NCBI GenBank assembly: GCA_002269645.1 | Contig: NIVC01000089.1 | Span: forward strand, 434,001 to 498,000 | Source: Macrostomum lignano | Lineage: Eukaryota | Reading direction: 5' to 3' | DNA: 64,000 nucleotides | Part shown: one piece after another, positions 1 through 12,412 of the stretch | Position numbering within the stretch: position 1 is the first letter of the stretch | Layout of the letters: each line of letters begins with the position of its first letter | Position numbers and translations under genes: made by a program | Notes under the pieces: model-generated | Databases searched by the model: none | Told to the model about the DNA's origin: nothing | The model's input: only the letters and a program-made list of their open reading frames with translations

Positions 1-1050
1 GGTGGCTCTTTAATGTTTGACATGGTGGCTCTTTAATGTCTGACATGGTGGCTCTTTAATGTTTGACATGGTGGCTCTTTTATGTTCGACATGTTGGCTC
101 TTTAGTGTTTGACATGGCTCTTTAATGTTTGACATGGTGGCTCTTTTATGCTTGACATGGTGGCTCTTTAATGTTCGACATGGTGGCTCTTTAATGTTTG
201 ACATGGTGGCTCTTTTATGCTTGACATGGTGGCTCTTTAATGTTCGACATGGTGGCTCTTTAATGTTTGACATGGTGGCTCTTTTATGCTTGACATGGTG
301 GCTCTTTTATGTTCGACATGGTGGCTCTTTTTTGTTCTACATGGTAACTCTTTTATGTTTGATACGGTGGCTTTTTAATATCTGACATTGTGGCTCTTCT
401 ATGTTTGACATTGTGGCTCTTTTATGTTTGACATGGTGGCTCTTTAATGTTTGACATGGTGGCTCTTTAATGTACGACATAAAGGTTCGTTTATGTTCGA
501 CATGGTGGCTCTTTTAGGTTTGACATGGTAGCTCTTTTATGTTCGACATGGTGGCTCTTTTAGGTTTGACATGGTGGCTCTTTTAGGTTTGACATGGTAG
601 CTCTTTTATGTTCGACATGGTGGCTCTTAAATGTTTCACATGATGGCTCTTAAATGTCTTACATGGTGGCTCTTTTATGTTTGACAATGTGGCTCTTTAA
701 TGTTTTACATGGCGGCTCTTTTATGTTCGAAATGGTGGCTCTTTAATGTTCGACATGGTGGCTCTTTAATGTTTGACATGCTAGCTCTTTAATGTTCGAC
801 ATAGTGGCTCTTTTATGTTTGGCATGGTGGCTCTTTAATGTTCTTCATGGTGGCTCTTTTACGTTTGACATGGTGGCACTTTAATGTTCGACGTGGTGGC
901 TCTTTAATGTTCGAAATGGTGACTCTTTAATGTTTCACATGGTGGCTCTTTAATGTTTGACATAGAGTCACGTATTTGTTTTACATGGTGCCCATGTAAT
1001 GTTTGACATGGTGCCTCTTTTATGTTTGACATTGTGCTTTTTTATGTTTA
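1..1050. repeat. 23-bp tandem satellite (GGTGGCTCTTTAATGTTTGACAT)
   Basis: Visible period of 23, about 45 copies. The reverse complement CATGTCAAACATTAAAGAGCCAC resembles the 3.9-9.1 kb unit CATGTAAACAATCATAGAAGCGT. Confidence 0.95.
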
Positions 1051-1099
1051 GCAGTTTCGTGTTTTCAAGGTGTTTTATAAAAAATTATTTTGCACTACT

Positions 1100-1156
1100 A
1101 AGATTCGAACCCAGGTCGCTACGTTGGCAGTCCAGTCTGTTCGTATCTAGGCTATC
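1100..1156 (-). other. tRNA-like (Pol III A/B box) segment inside the Helitron-like element
   Basis: Minus strand TAGCCTAGA...GGGTTCGAATC. Homolog on the plus strand at 7378-7432 (TAGCCTAGAGG...TGGTTCGAAT). No complete cloverleaf. Confidence 0.4.
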
Positions 1157-1799
1157 TCTTTTCAATTGGAGTACATGAATTGTGGCCCTTATAATTAAAT
1201 TCTTACAGCAAGTCAATTGGGGTAAAAAGTTATGACATAATCAATTTCTCAGTCAGCCAGTATCAGTCTCAGTTCAAGTTAGCAATATTGGTTACGCAAT
1301 TTTAATCAAGTCGTGTGTGCATTTCTTCGGCACTGTTTTCAACTTGTTGTGATGCAATCTTTATGACAATCAGAATTCAGCCAGTCAGTTTTTTTCTCTA
1401 GCATTCTTACAATGAATTTTAGGTCGAAAGAGCTGCTTGACCTTTGCAAAAAAGCATGTTTTTCGAATATTTAATCCCTTTATCATTGAGCAATTTTTTA
1501 GCCAAGATGCATGTACCGTCCCAGGAAAATTTCTGATCGAATGGTGCAAGTTTGAAGAAAATCGGTTGAGCCATTTTTTCTGAAATCTATCGCATACCTA
1601 CCCACATACAGACAACTCATTTTTAGTATATACGAGTGGAACTCCTCCTTCGGAGGAGAAAGGGGAAGAACTCCCATCACCGGAATTCTATTCCCTAAAA
1701 TATCCATCAACTGAAATTCCATGTCTTTAACCCTATCTTCCAAATCGTCTCCAAATTCTTTACAAAATCTTTCAAAGACCATAGCTCAAAGACTCTCAA

Positions 1800-2510
1800 G
1801 TCTCTCATATCTCCTCTCTCCTCTCTTTCATCTCATCTCTACCCCTGCTCCCTTATTTATCTCTTCTCCCTCGTCTTTCGTCTGTACCTTCTCCTGTCTT
1901 CTGTCTCCTCTCTTCACTCTTATCTCTCCCTCTTCTCTCCTCTCTCATATGTCATCTCTACTCACTTATCTATCGTCTCTCTTAACCCTCTCTCTCTCTT
2001 CTCTTTTCTCTTCTCTCTGCTCTCATTTCTCATATTTCATATACGCTCTGACACTACTTTCTTGTCTCCCATCTTTCTTCCTCCTTTTCACTATCCCCTG
2101 TCTCTTCTCTTCTCTCTTTTCTATTCTCTCCATTCTCTCTTTTCTCCTTTCCTTGCTCCTTTCATCTCTCTCCTCTCTCCTCACTCTCTTCTCCTTTCGC
2201 TTCTCTCTCCTCTCTCTCCTCTCATCTTTACTACCTTATTTATATCTTCTCCCTAGTCTTTCGTCTGTACTCTCTCCTGTCTCCTCTCTCCCCTGCTCTC
2301 TCATCCCTCATCTCCTCATCTCACTCTTTCTTTCTCCTCTACTCTCCCCTCTCTTCTATTGCCTCTGTACGCTCTTATCCCTCATCTATTCTCTCTCCTA
2401 TCATCTCCAATCTGTCATGTCTAATCTCTCCACTCAATTATACTCTGTTTTCTATCATCTCTTCTCTCTTCTCTTTTCAGTCTTCTCTTTACTCTCTTCT
2501 CTGACTGATT
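1800..2510. repeat. CT-rich degenerate low-complexity tract
   Basis: Almost purely pyrimidine on the plus strand. It produces the spurious Leu/Ser ORF 1721-2512. Confidence 0.9.
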
Positions 2511-2514
2511 GAAG

Positions 2515-2870
2515 ATGCCAAACCCATCAAGATCCTCTCCGCGAAGCAAAAATCCTGTCTGTGCAACTAAAAACCATCGAAATCCTCTCCGTGAAACTGG
2601 ACTCCTTCGAAATCCTCTCCTTGAAACCTGAATCCATCAAAATTGTTTCCATAAAACAGAAATCAATCATAAATTATCTCCGCGAAACAGAAAGCCTCTC
2701 CGTGAAGCTGAACATGATCGAAATCCTCTCCGTGAAACTGAACACCATGGAAATCCTTTCGTGAAACTGAACATCATCGAAATCCTCTCCACGAAACAGA
2801 AATCTTCTCCGTCAGAATTTAAACATTGAAATCGTCTCCGCTAAACTTGACTTAATCGAATTTTTTCCGT
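2515..2870. repeat. Degenerate ~27-bp tandem repeat (CATCGAAATCCTCTCCGTGAAACTGAA-like)
   Basis: GAAATCCTCTCCGTGAAAC core recurs about ten times. Confidence 0.7.
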
Positions 2871-2895
2871 CAAACAACTCAACTCGCCAGATTCA

Positions 2896-2923
2896 TTAGG
2901 GTTAGGGTTAGGGTTAGGGTTAG
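2896..2923 (+). repeat. Interstitial (TTAGGG)n
   Basis: Four to five TTAGGG units. Confidence 0.9.
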
Positions 2924-3896
2924 AACTACGCACAGCTTCGTGTTAAAAGGCACAGATAAAAATATTGAACTAATTGAATCAATTCATTGCGCAACCGATT
3001 TCACAGTCAGTCAGTATCAGCCTCAGGTAAAGTTAACAAAAGATTGCGCAATCTAAATCAACCCTCCAATCCACAGCAGCAGTGAGAAGTTGAACCCTCC
3101 CCCCAACTTTATCTATTACGTCTTGCAAAACTGAGTACAATATTTGCAAAAAGTTAAAAGTATGGAAATAGTTTTCCAAATGCTGTGCTTTTTCTTTTCA
3201 TAGTTAAAGCAAACAACTTTTATCCCCGAACTCAGCGTTGCAAGATCTTGCCAGCAATATAAGTTTCTCCTCTCAAAGTTTAAAACTCGAGGAACAGTTA
3301 GCGTTTGAAACTGTCTGATTTATAGCATTGAAGTATCGAGTGTACGTTCACTGCCTGCTTGCAAGTTGATGCATTGAATTTCAATGTCCAACAAATACAC
3401 AGGACTGCCCATTGATAGGCAGGAAAACTTATCAGTAGCCATATCATTGCGCAATTATCTATAAAGTCAGCCAGTGAGCCAGGGTCCAATTGTACACACG
3501 CCGCCAATGAGAACGCGCCCATTCCCCCACAGGAGAGAAAATGCACTGGCGACATAGGAAAAAGTTGTGGCGTAATCACTCAAAATTTATGCCAATTTTC
3601 AGCTCCGAGCAGAAAGAGGGGACAATTAAGATTATCAAAGGTCAAGACCGCCGTTTTCTGCTTTTTTAGGGATCTTAAAAATTGAAAATGAAAGATTAAA
3701 ATAGCCTAAAGCCATCCTCGGAAAATTTGCAGTTTTCCCATATAAGTTTCAACGCTGAGTTGCAAGTATTCTAGGAGGAGTTATCGAACTGACATACAGA
3801 CAGACAAACAACGCGTCAACTTTAGTATATATAGATAGACGAGGATTTTTTTAATTAAAGCTTTTCAACGTCAGGAAAACTAAAAGACTTTTTAAA

Positions 3897-5670
3897 AAGA
3901 AGCGTCATGTAAAAATCATAGTAGCGTCATGTAAAAAATCGTAGAAGCGTCATGTAAAAATCATAGTAGCGTCATGTAAAAAATCGTAGAAGCGTCATAT
4001 AAAAAATTATAGAAGCGTCATATAAAAATCATAGATGTGTCATTTAAAAAACCATAGAAGCATCATGTAAACAATCATAGAAGCGTCATTTAAAAAAATC
4101 ATAGAAGCGTCATATAAAAATCATAGATGCGTCATTTAAAAAACCATAGAAGCATCATGTAAACAATCATAGAAGCGTCATATAAAAAATTATAGAAGCG
4201 TCATATAAAAATCATAGATGTGTCATTTAAAAAACCATAGAAGCATCATGTAAACAATCATAGAAGCGTCATTTAAAAAAATCATAGAAGCATCATATAA
4301 AAATCATAGATGCGTCATTTAAAAAATCATAGAAGCATCATGTAAACAATCATAGAAGCGTCATTTAAAAAAATCATAGAAGCGTCATATAAAAATCATA
4401 GATGCGTCATTTAAAAAATCATGGAAGCGTCATGTAAACAATCATAGAAGCGTCATGTGAAAATCATAGAAGCGTCACGTAAAGAATCATAGAAGCGTCA
4501 TGTAAACAATCATAGAAGCGTCATGTAAACAATCATAGAAGCGTCATGTAAACAATCATAGAAGCGTCATGTAAACAATCATAGAAGCGTCATGTAAACA
4601 ATCATAGAAGCGTCATGTAAAAAATCGTAGAAGCGTCATTTAAAAAATCATAGAAGCGTCATGCAAAAATCATAGATGCGTCATTTAAAAAATCATGGAA
4701 GCGTCATGTAAACAATCATAGAAGCGTCATGTAAAAAATCATAGAAGCGTCATATAAAAATCATAGATGCATCATTTAAAAAAATCATAGAAGCGTCATA
4801 TAAAAAATCATAGAAGCGTCATGTAAAAATCATAGAAGCGTCATGTAAACAACCATAGAAGCGTCATGTAAAAAATCATAGAAGCGTCATGTAAACAATC
4901 ATAGAAGCATCATGTAAACAATCATAGAAGCGTCATGTAAGCAATCATAAAAGCATCATGTAAACAATCATAGAAGCGTCATGTAAACAATCACAGAAGC
5001 GTCATGAAAAAATCATAGAAGCGTCATGTAAACAATCATAGAAGCGTCATGTAAACAATCATAGAAGCATCATGTAAAAAAATCATAGTAGCGTCATGTA
5101 AACAATCATAGAAGCGTCATGTAAAGAATCATAGAAGCGTCATGTAAAAAAATCATAGATGCGTCATTTAAAAAATCATAGAAGCATCATGTAAACAATC
5201 ATAGAAGCGTCATTTAAAAAAATCATAGAAGCGTCATATAAAAATCATAGATGCGTCATTTAAAAAATCATAGAAGCGTCATGTGAAAATCATAAAAGCG
5301 TCACGTAAAGAATCATAGAAGCGTCATGTAAACAATCATAGAAGCGTCATGTAATGAATCATAGAAGCGTCATGTAAACAATCATAGAAGCGTCATGTAA
5401 AAATCATAGAAGCGTCATGTAAACAATCATAGAAGCGTCATGTAAAAAATCATAAAAGAGTCATGTAAAAAATCATAGAAGCGTCATGTAAAAAATCATA
5501 GAAGCGTCATGTTAACAATCATAGAAGCGTCATGTAAAAAATCGTAGAAGCGTCATATAAAAATCATAGAAGCGTCATGAAAAAAATCATAGAAGCGTCA
5601 TTTGAAAACTAATGAAAGTGTCATTTAAAAAATTAAGAAGCATCATGGTAGAAGAAAAGAAGCGTCATGT
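3897..5670. repeat. ~23-bp satellite (ATCATAGAAGCGTCATGTAAACA)
   Basis: Visible tandem array with 22-24-bp units. Confidence 0.95.
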
Positions 5671-6502
5671 CAGACATGAAGGGTGTCATGGAAAAATTAA
5701 ATCCAGCTATAATGCTGTGCTGGGGAGAATTACTGAGACGTCAAGGCTCTCAGAGAATAACTGAGATTACGGGGGGGGGTTCTGAGATGTCAAAGCAAAA
5801 GTCAGAAGCTACTTCAAAGTTCATGTACTTTACTCAATTTTTTTATTGCATTCTTTGTTGGCTCGCCACGGGGGGGCACTGATAGAAGAAGAGTCATGTA
5901 AAAAATAAAAGTAGCACTATGTATACATAAAAGAAAAGTCATGTCGAAGTTAAAAGATTCATTTGGGAATTGCTACGATGTCAAAGCTAGGTGGAAATCG
6001 TTATAGTGCTGTGATTCTTAAAGAAGGAATCACTAAAATGTCAAGGCTTACGGGAGAAGAATTGCTGAGATTTCAAGGCTTTATGTTGGGTTAAAGTTAG
6101 GTTTAGGTCAGGTGTGGGTTGAGGGTTACATTTTATCAGGTTTCAAGGTTAGCAGGGGATTTTTCAGATTTCAAGGTTTATGGGCGCCATCGCTGACATG
6201 TCAAGGCTTACGGGGGGAATAGCTGAGATGTCAAGGCTCACGGGGGTATAAATGAGATTTCAAGGCTAAAGTCAGAAGCTACATGTAGTTTATTGAAAAC
6301 TTTTTATTACATTATTTGATGCCTCCTCAGGGGAGGGATCGCTGATTAAAAAAGCGTAATGTAAAAAAATAAAAGAAGCTTCATGTCGAAGTTAAGAGAT
6401 TCATTTGGGAATCCCTACGATGTCGAGGCTTGCAGGGAATCGCTATAATGCTGTAGTAGTGCTATAATGACTCTTAGAGAGAATTACTGAAATTTCAATG
6501 CT

Positions 6503-6625
6503 TTAGGGTTAGGTTAGGGTTAGGGTTAGGGTTAGGGTTAGGGTTAGGGTTAGGGTTAGGGGTTAGGCTAGGGTTAGGGTTAGGGTTAGGGTTAGAGTTA
6601 GGGGTTAGGCTAGGGTTAGGGTTAG
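6503..6625 (+). repeat. Interstitial (TTAGGG)n with CTAGGG variants
   Basis: About 20 units inside copy A. Confidence 0.95.
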
Positions 6626-6880
6626 AAGGTTGACAGATATTTTTAGATTTCCAAGGCTTATTGGGGGCATTGCTGAGATGTCAAGGGGGGAAGTTGATAT
6701 GTTAAAGCTTGTAGGGGGGGGGAATTACTGACATGTCAAGGGTTACAAGGTTTGACAGGAGATTTTTTAAGATTTCAAGGATACATGTAGCTTATTAAAA
6801 AAATATGTATTGCATTTCTTTGGCTCCCCAACGGGGGGCGTAGATTGCTAGTCCTATATACTAAAAATGGTCTGTCTGTG

Positions 6881-6913
<33 letters not shown>

Positions 6914-7496
6914 GTGATCGATTAGAGAAAAAATGGCTGGACCGATTTTGTTCAAACTTGCACTGTTCGATCAGAAATTTTCCCGTGACTGTACATGCAT
7001 CGCGGCTAAGAAATTGCTCGATGCTAAAGGCATTAAATATTCGAAAAACATGCTTTTTTGCAAAGGTCAAGCAAACTTTTCGACTTGAAATGCATTGTAA
7101 GAATGCTAGAGAAAAAACTGACTGGTTGAATTCTGGTTCTGAAATAGATTGCATCATCACTGAATTGTAACTCCGACTTGAATTGAAAATGCAGTGTGGA
7201 AGCGTAGCACCAGACTTGATTTAAATTGCGTAACCATATTGTTAACTGATACTGACTGACTGAGAAACTGATTATGTCATAACTGCTTCGTGTGATTTAC
7301 TCTATGCTTGGATTTTAAACTGTTGAATTATATATATATATAAGTGCAAAATTTGATGTTATCAAAAAGATGAGAACTAGCCTAGAGGTGAACAGACTGA
7401 ACTGCTAAATGCAGCGACGATGGTTCGAATTTTCATAGAGTATAATTTTTTTAATTAAAGCTTTTCAACGTCAGGAAAACTAAAAGACTTTTTAAA

Positions 7497-9130
7497 AAGA
7501 AGCGTCATGTAAAAATCATAGTAGCGTCATGTAAAAAATCGTAGAAGCGTCATATAAAAAATTATAGAAGCGTCATATAAAAATCATAGATGCGTCATTT
7601 AAAAAATCATAGAAGCATCATATAAAAATCATAGATGCGTCATTTAAAAAACCATAGAAGCATCATGTAAACAATCATAGAAGCGTCATTTAAAAAATCA
7701 TAGAAGCATCATATAAAAATCATAGATGCGTCATTTAAAAAATCATAGAAGCATCATGTAAACAATCATAGAAGCGTCATTTAAAAAAATCATAGAAGCG
7801 TCATATAAAAATCATAGATGCGTCATTTAAAAAATCATGGAAGCGTCATGTAAACAATCATAGAAGCGTCATGTGAAAATCATAGAAGCGTCACGTAAAG
7901 AATCATAGAAGCGTCATGTAAACAATCATAGAAGCGTCATGTAAACAATCATAGAAGCGTCATGTAAACAATCATAGAAGCGTCATGTAAAAAATCATAG
8001 AAGCGTCATGTAAACAATTATAGAAGCGTCATGTAAAAAAATCATAGAAGCGTCATGTAAACAATCATAGAAGCGTCATGTAAACAATCATAGAAGCGTC
8101 ATGTAAACAATCATAGAAGCGTCATGTAAAAAATCGTAGAAGCGTCATTTAAAAAATCATAGAAGCGTCATGCAAAAATCATAGATGCGTCATTTAAAAA
8201 ATCATCGAAGCGTCATGTAAACAATCATAGAAGCGTCATGTAAAAAATCATAGAAGCGTCATATAAAAATCATAGATGCATCATTTAAAAAAATCATAGA
8301 AGCGTCATATAAAAAATCATAGAAGCGTCATGTAAAAATCATAGAAGCGTCATGTAAACAACCATAGAAGCGTCATGTAAAAAATCATAGAAGAGTCATG
8401 TAAACAATCATAGAAGCGTCATGTAAGCAATCATAGAAGCGTCATGTAAACAATCATAGAAGCGTCATGTAAACAATCATAGAAGCGTCATGTAAGCAAT
8501 CATAAAAGCATCATGTAAACAATCATAGAAGCGTCATGTAAACAATCACAGAAGCGTCATGAAAAAATCATAGAAGCGTCATGTAAACAATCATAGAAGC
8601 GTCATGTAAACAATCATAGAAGCATCATGTAAAAAAATCATAGTAGCGTCATGTAAACAATCATAGAAGCGTCATGTAAAGAATCATAGAAGCGTCATGT
8701 AAAAAAATCATAGATGCGTCATTTAAAAAATCATAGAAGCATCATGTAAACAATCATAGAAGCGTCATTTAAAAAAATCATAGAAGCGTCATATAAAAAT
8801 CATAGATGCGTCATTTAAAAAATCATAGAAGCGTCATGTGAAAATCATAAAAGCGTCACGTAAAGAATCATAGAAGCGTCATGTAAACAATCATAGAAGC
8901 GTCATGTAAACAATCATAGAAGCGTCATGTAAACAATCATAGAAGCGTCATGTAAAAAATCATAGAAGCGTCATGTAAACAATCATAGAAGCGTCATGTA
9001 AACAATCATAGAAGCGTCATGTAAACAATCATAGAAGCGTCATGTAAACAATCATAGAAGCGTCATGTAAAAAATCATAGAAGCGTCATGTAAAAATCGT
9101 AGAAGCGTCATTTAAAAATCATAGAAAATC
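7497..9130. repeat. ~23-bp satellite, second array
   Basis: Same unit and variant order as 3897-5670. Confidence 0.95.
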
Positions 9131-9971
9131 ATAAAAATCAAAAATTAAATGCAGCTATAATGCTGTGCTGGGGAGAAAAACTGAGACGTAAAGGCTCTCA
9201 GAGAATAACTGCTGAGATTACGGGGGGGGGTTTCTGAGATGTCAAAGCAAAAGTCAGAAGCTACTTCAAAGTTCATGTACTTTACTCAATTTTTTTATTG
9301 CATTCTTTGTTGGCTCGCCACGGGAGGCGCTTATAGAAGAAGAGTCATGTAAAAAATAAAAGTAGCACTACGAGCGTATGTACGAGCTATACATAAAAGA
9401 AAAGTCATGTTCAAGTTAAAAGATTCATTTGGGAATTGCTACGATGTCAAAGCTTGGTGGAAATCGTTATAGTGCTGTGATTCTTAAAGAAGGAATCACT
9501 AAAATGTCAAGGCTTAGGGGAGAAGAATTGCTGAGATTTCAAGGCTTTAGGTTGGGTTAAAGTTAGGTTTAGGTCAGGTGTGGGTTGAGGGTTATATTTT
9601 ATCGGGTTTCAAGGTTAACAGAATAACAGGGGATTTTTTAGATTTCAAGGTTTATGGAGGCCATCGCTGACATGTTAAGGCTTACGGGGGGAATAGCTGA
9701 GATGTCAAGGCTCACGGGGTATAAATGAGATTTCAAGGCTAAAGTCAGAAGCTACATGTAGTTTATTGAAAACTTTTTATTACATTATTTGATGCCTCCT
9801 CAGGGGAGGGATCGCTGATAAAAAAGCGTAATGTAAAAAATAAAAGAAGCTTCATGTCGAAGTTAAGAGATTCATTTGGGAATCCCTACGATGTCGAGGC
9901 TTGCAGGAAATCGCTATAATGCTGTAGTAGTGCTATAGTGACTCTTAGAGAGAATTACTGAAATTTCAATG

Positions 9972-10033
9972 TTAGGTTAGGGTTAGGGTTAGGGTTAGGG
10001 CTAGGGTTAGGGTTAGGGTTAGGCTAGGGTTAG
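9972..10033 (+). repeat. Interstitial (TTAGGG)n
   Basis: About ten units at the position homologous to 6503-6625. Confidence 0.95.
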
Positions 10034-10699
10034 AAGGTTGACAGATATTTTTAGATTTCCAAGGCTTATTGGGGGCATTGCTGAGATGTCAAGGGGGGAA
10101 GTTGATATGTCAAAGCTTGTGGGGGGGGAATTACTGACATGTCAAGGCTTACAAGGTTTGACAGGAGATTTTTTAAGATTTCAAGGATACATGTAGCTTA
10201 TTAAAAAAACGTGTATTGCATTTATTTGGCTCCCCAACGGGGGGCGTAGATTGCTAGTCTTTGCTAAAACTTTTTCCCCAACATACTTGGCATCGTATAC
10301 GATCTTTTCCTGGGCTGACTTTCCTGGGTTTCACCGAGATGAAAAAATGACCTTTTTGTACACTACGTAGTGTATTTTTTTGAAAAAACCTGCCTCTAAA
10401 ACTATCCTTTTTCTAAGAAACGTAATTTCCACCTTCCTAGTTCAGTAGTCTTTGTGCACTCCACCATGGTTAGGGTTAGGCCTTTGCACTTTTCTCTGGA
10501 TGTCTGCTGTCACGTCCTTCATTTAGCTTAGTCTTCAGCTTAACTCAATTTTAATTTAGCTGTTTTCGATCTGGAATTCATTTTATCGATCGGCGGAATC
10601 GCCTGGATTTAATAAAAATCGTGCTCAGTAAAAGTTGCAACCGATAGTTTATTGATGATTCATTGATAAACTTTGGTGATAAAAACAACAAGCACTCAC

Positions 10700-12012
10700 T
10701 TTCGACGGAATTCCGGCCCGATTCGGAACTCAAGGCGGCCGGTCGGATCGGTGACTAATACCTGACGATTCGACCTGTCAATCACAATTAGAAGATTCTG
10801 CCTGCTACACGATCGAATTCGATACGGATGAATCACGGGCGGACTGTCCACTTGATGCCTGTAGCTGAAGAAGAACACCTTGAGAAACTTGCCCGCTGCG
10901 CTGTACACAAATATCCTCTTCTGCGGCAGCTCAACAGAGAAATACATGTTTGACAAATAAGTCAGTGATACGGGAAAGTTGTGCAGACTGAAAGACATAA
11001 TGATCTCAAATGGCAGCGCATCCTGCACCGCCGACAATGCATCTGCATTGCCGCAGTCAGCTCTGTCGGCATCAGGAGCTGCTGTAGGCAAGGTGTGACC
11101 GCCTCTATTAAAGCCACCTCTGCCTCCTCTGTTGGCTGAGGCGACATCGGACGAGCCGCGTTGAGACGGCCAAGAAAAGTTTCCACCACGAGACCGAGAC
11201 ATGCCACGACCAGCTCGAGAACGAGGGCCGCTTCTACCTCGAGATGAAGCCACTTGACCCCTAACTGCAACAGGTGAAAAGAAGTGCGCAGCGTCATCTG
11301 CATCGCCTTCACAGTCATCCTGAGAAGGTGTGTTCGAATTTTCATCGGATGTTTCGTCTTCGACAGTCTGATTGAACTTGTGCAGTTCAGCAGCTGATCC
11401 GTGCTTAGCAGCGCCCCGACCATACGGCCTGGCTCGTGCACCCACACTGACTCCACGAATTCCGTGCGCTCGATAAGGCCTTCTGTGCAGCCAGGTGCCT
11501 CCACGAGCACCGAAAGATCGTTGTTCATCACCGCCAGCTTCATCTAGAGCTGCTGCACCACTGCATTCTTCTTCTCTACTGCTGCGCAACATTGTGCCAA
11601 AATCAACTTTCTGCAGCATCTGATAGTCACAGCTGGCGAAATCTTCAGCCTGGCAGTCTTCGCCGCTGTCGGCTTCTCCGGCGTCCGCAGTCGAGGCGAA
11701 CGGATTGTCGGCCTCGCGCCGCATCATCCACTCGTCGCGCCAGTCGATCTTCAGACTGTCCAGCAGACGATGCGTTCGTCGACTAGCCAGCATTGCGTCA
11801 AAATGGCCGCTTCTGAGACGGATTTCCAGTCTCTGTTCAGCATCAGAATTTGCAGCAGCTTTATAAGCATCCTCTCTGCCATCCTGCTGCTCCTCGTGCT
11901 CTTCAATATCTTTAATGAGCTCGGATCTGCGAGCCTCCAGTTGCGCTATAACGTCGTCAAAGAAACTATTGACCTGACTTTTAAGCTCCACGATTCCGGC
12001 TGCTTGGCTCAT
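10700..12012 (-). CDS. Array gene G1, exon 1: coiled coil + RGG-rich linker + first half of NHL-like propeller; second exon not found
   Basis: ATG at 12012. TRIM-type coil FFDDVIAQLEARRSELIKDI and LLDSLKIDWRDEWMMRREADNPF motif. Propeller half ...LIVIDRSNRQVLVTDPTGRLEFRIGP. Phase-2 donor AA|GTGAGT at 10699, as in paralogs. Confidence 0.8.
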
Positions 12013-12133
12013 CGAATGTGATCGGCGAAGTCGAGGAAAACATAAAAAAATGTTTTTAATAATTTAATAACTGTTAATAAAAACGGATCTTGCTATCAAA
12101 GATTTAAGCTTCAGTTGAGAACTTTCCACCATC

Positions 12134-12412
12134 TTGCGCCGGCGGCGACTACAACTGGCGGGCCACGTGATCCCCTACTGCCTCCAACCTGTTCAGGACG
12201 TCCTGCTTCTCACCCTGCAGGGCCCGTTTAGGCCGGGTCAGGCCCAAACCCGTCGATACGTGGACTGCCTCCTACGCGACGCCGGGGCGCCCGACACTGC
12301 CAAACTGGGCGAACTTAGTCCGCTCTCTCAGGCTCTTCGGCGCGCCATCTGACGCACCCTGCTGTGAATTTGCTTGCGGGTCTGCGTAATTTGTTGTTGT
12401 TGTTGTTGTTGA
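12134..12412 (+). mobile_element. 3' fragment of RTE-type non-LTR retrotransposon
   Basis: Encodes RRRRLQLAGHV...VLLLTLQGPFRPGQAQTRRYVDCLLRD, the typical RRLxWAGHV...RGRP..W.D LINE C-terminus. Ends in a (TTG)n tail. Confidence 0.7.

Larger units (their letters stand above)
1..1635 (-). mobile_element. Non-autonomous Helitron-like element Y (runs off window start)
   Basis: Minus-strand 5' end TCGTATATACTAAAAATG at 1635. 1060-1635 is an inverted, diverged homolog of 6852-7460 and is followed by a 23-bp satellite, as in the 6852-10257 element. Confidence 0.6.
1636..3835 (-). mobile_element. Non-autonomous Helitron-like element X
   Basis: Minus-strand A|TCTATATATACTAAAG...GTTTGTCTGTCTG 5' end at about 3835. 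Perfect 7-bp hairpin CTCCTCC-TTC-GGAGGAG at 1642-1658 just before element Y. Shares a TCAGTCAGTATCAG block (3000-3060) with 1240-1310. Confidence 0.5.
3846..6851 (+). mobile_element. Helitron-like element copy A (5'-truncated)
   Basis: Near-identical to 7446-10257. Ends in hairpin GCTCCCC-AAC-GGGGGGC followed 8 nt later by CTAG (6848-6851), the canonical Helitron 3' end. Confidence 0.65.
6852..10257 (+). mobile_element. Helitron-like element copy B (both termini present)
   Basis: 5' TCCTATATACTAAAAATGGTCTGTCTG starts immediately after the CTAG of copy A. 3' hairpin plus CTAG at 10254-10257, followed by T. No Rep/helicase ORF. Confidence 0.7.

Noticed and set aside
10-2764. ORFs 10-273, 125-385, 1721-2512, 2062-2256 and 2561-2764
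   Set aside because: Translations of satellite or CT-rich DNA; periodic or low-complexity with no domain signal.
6503-6625. True chromosome end
   Set aside because: Short, variant-containing tract flanked on both sides by element sequence that is duplicated at 9972-10033.
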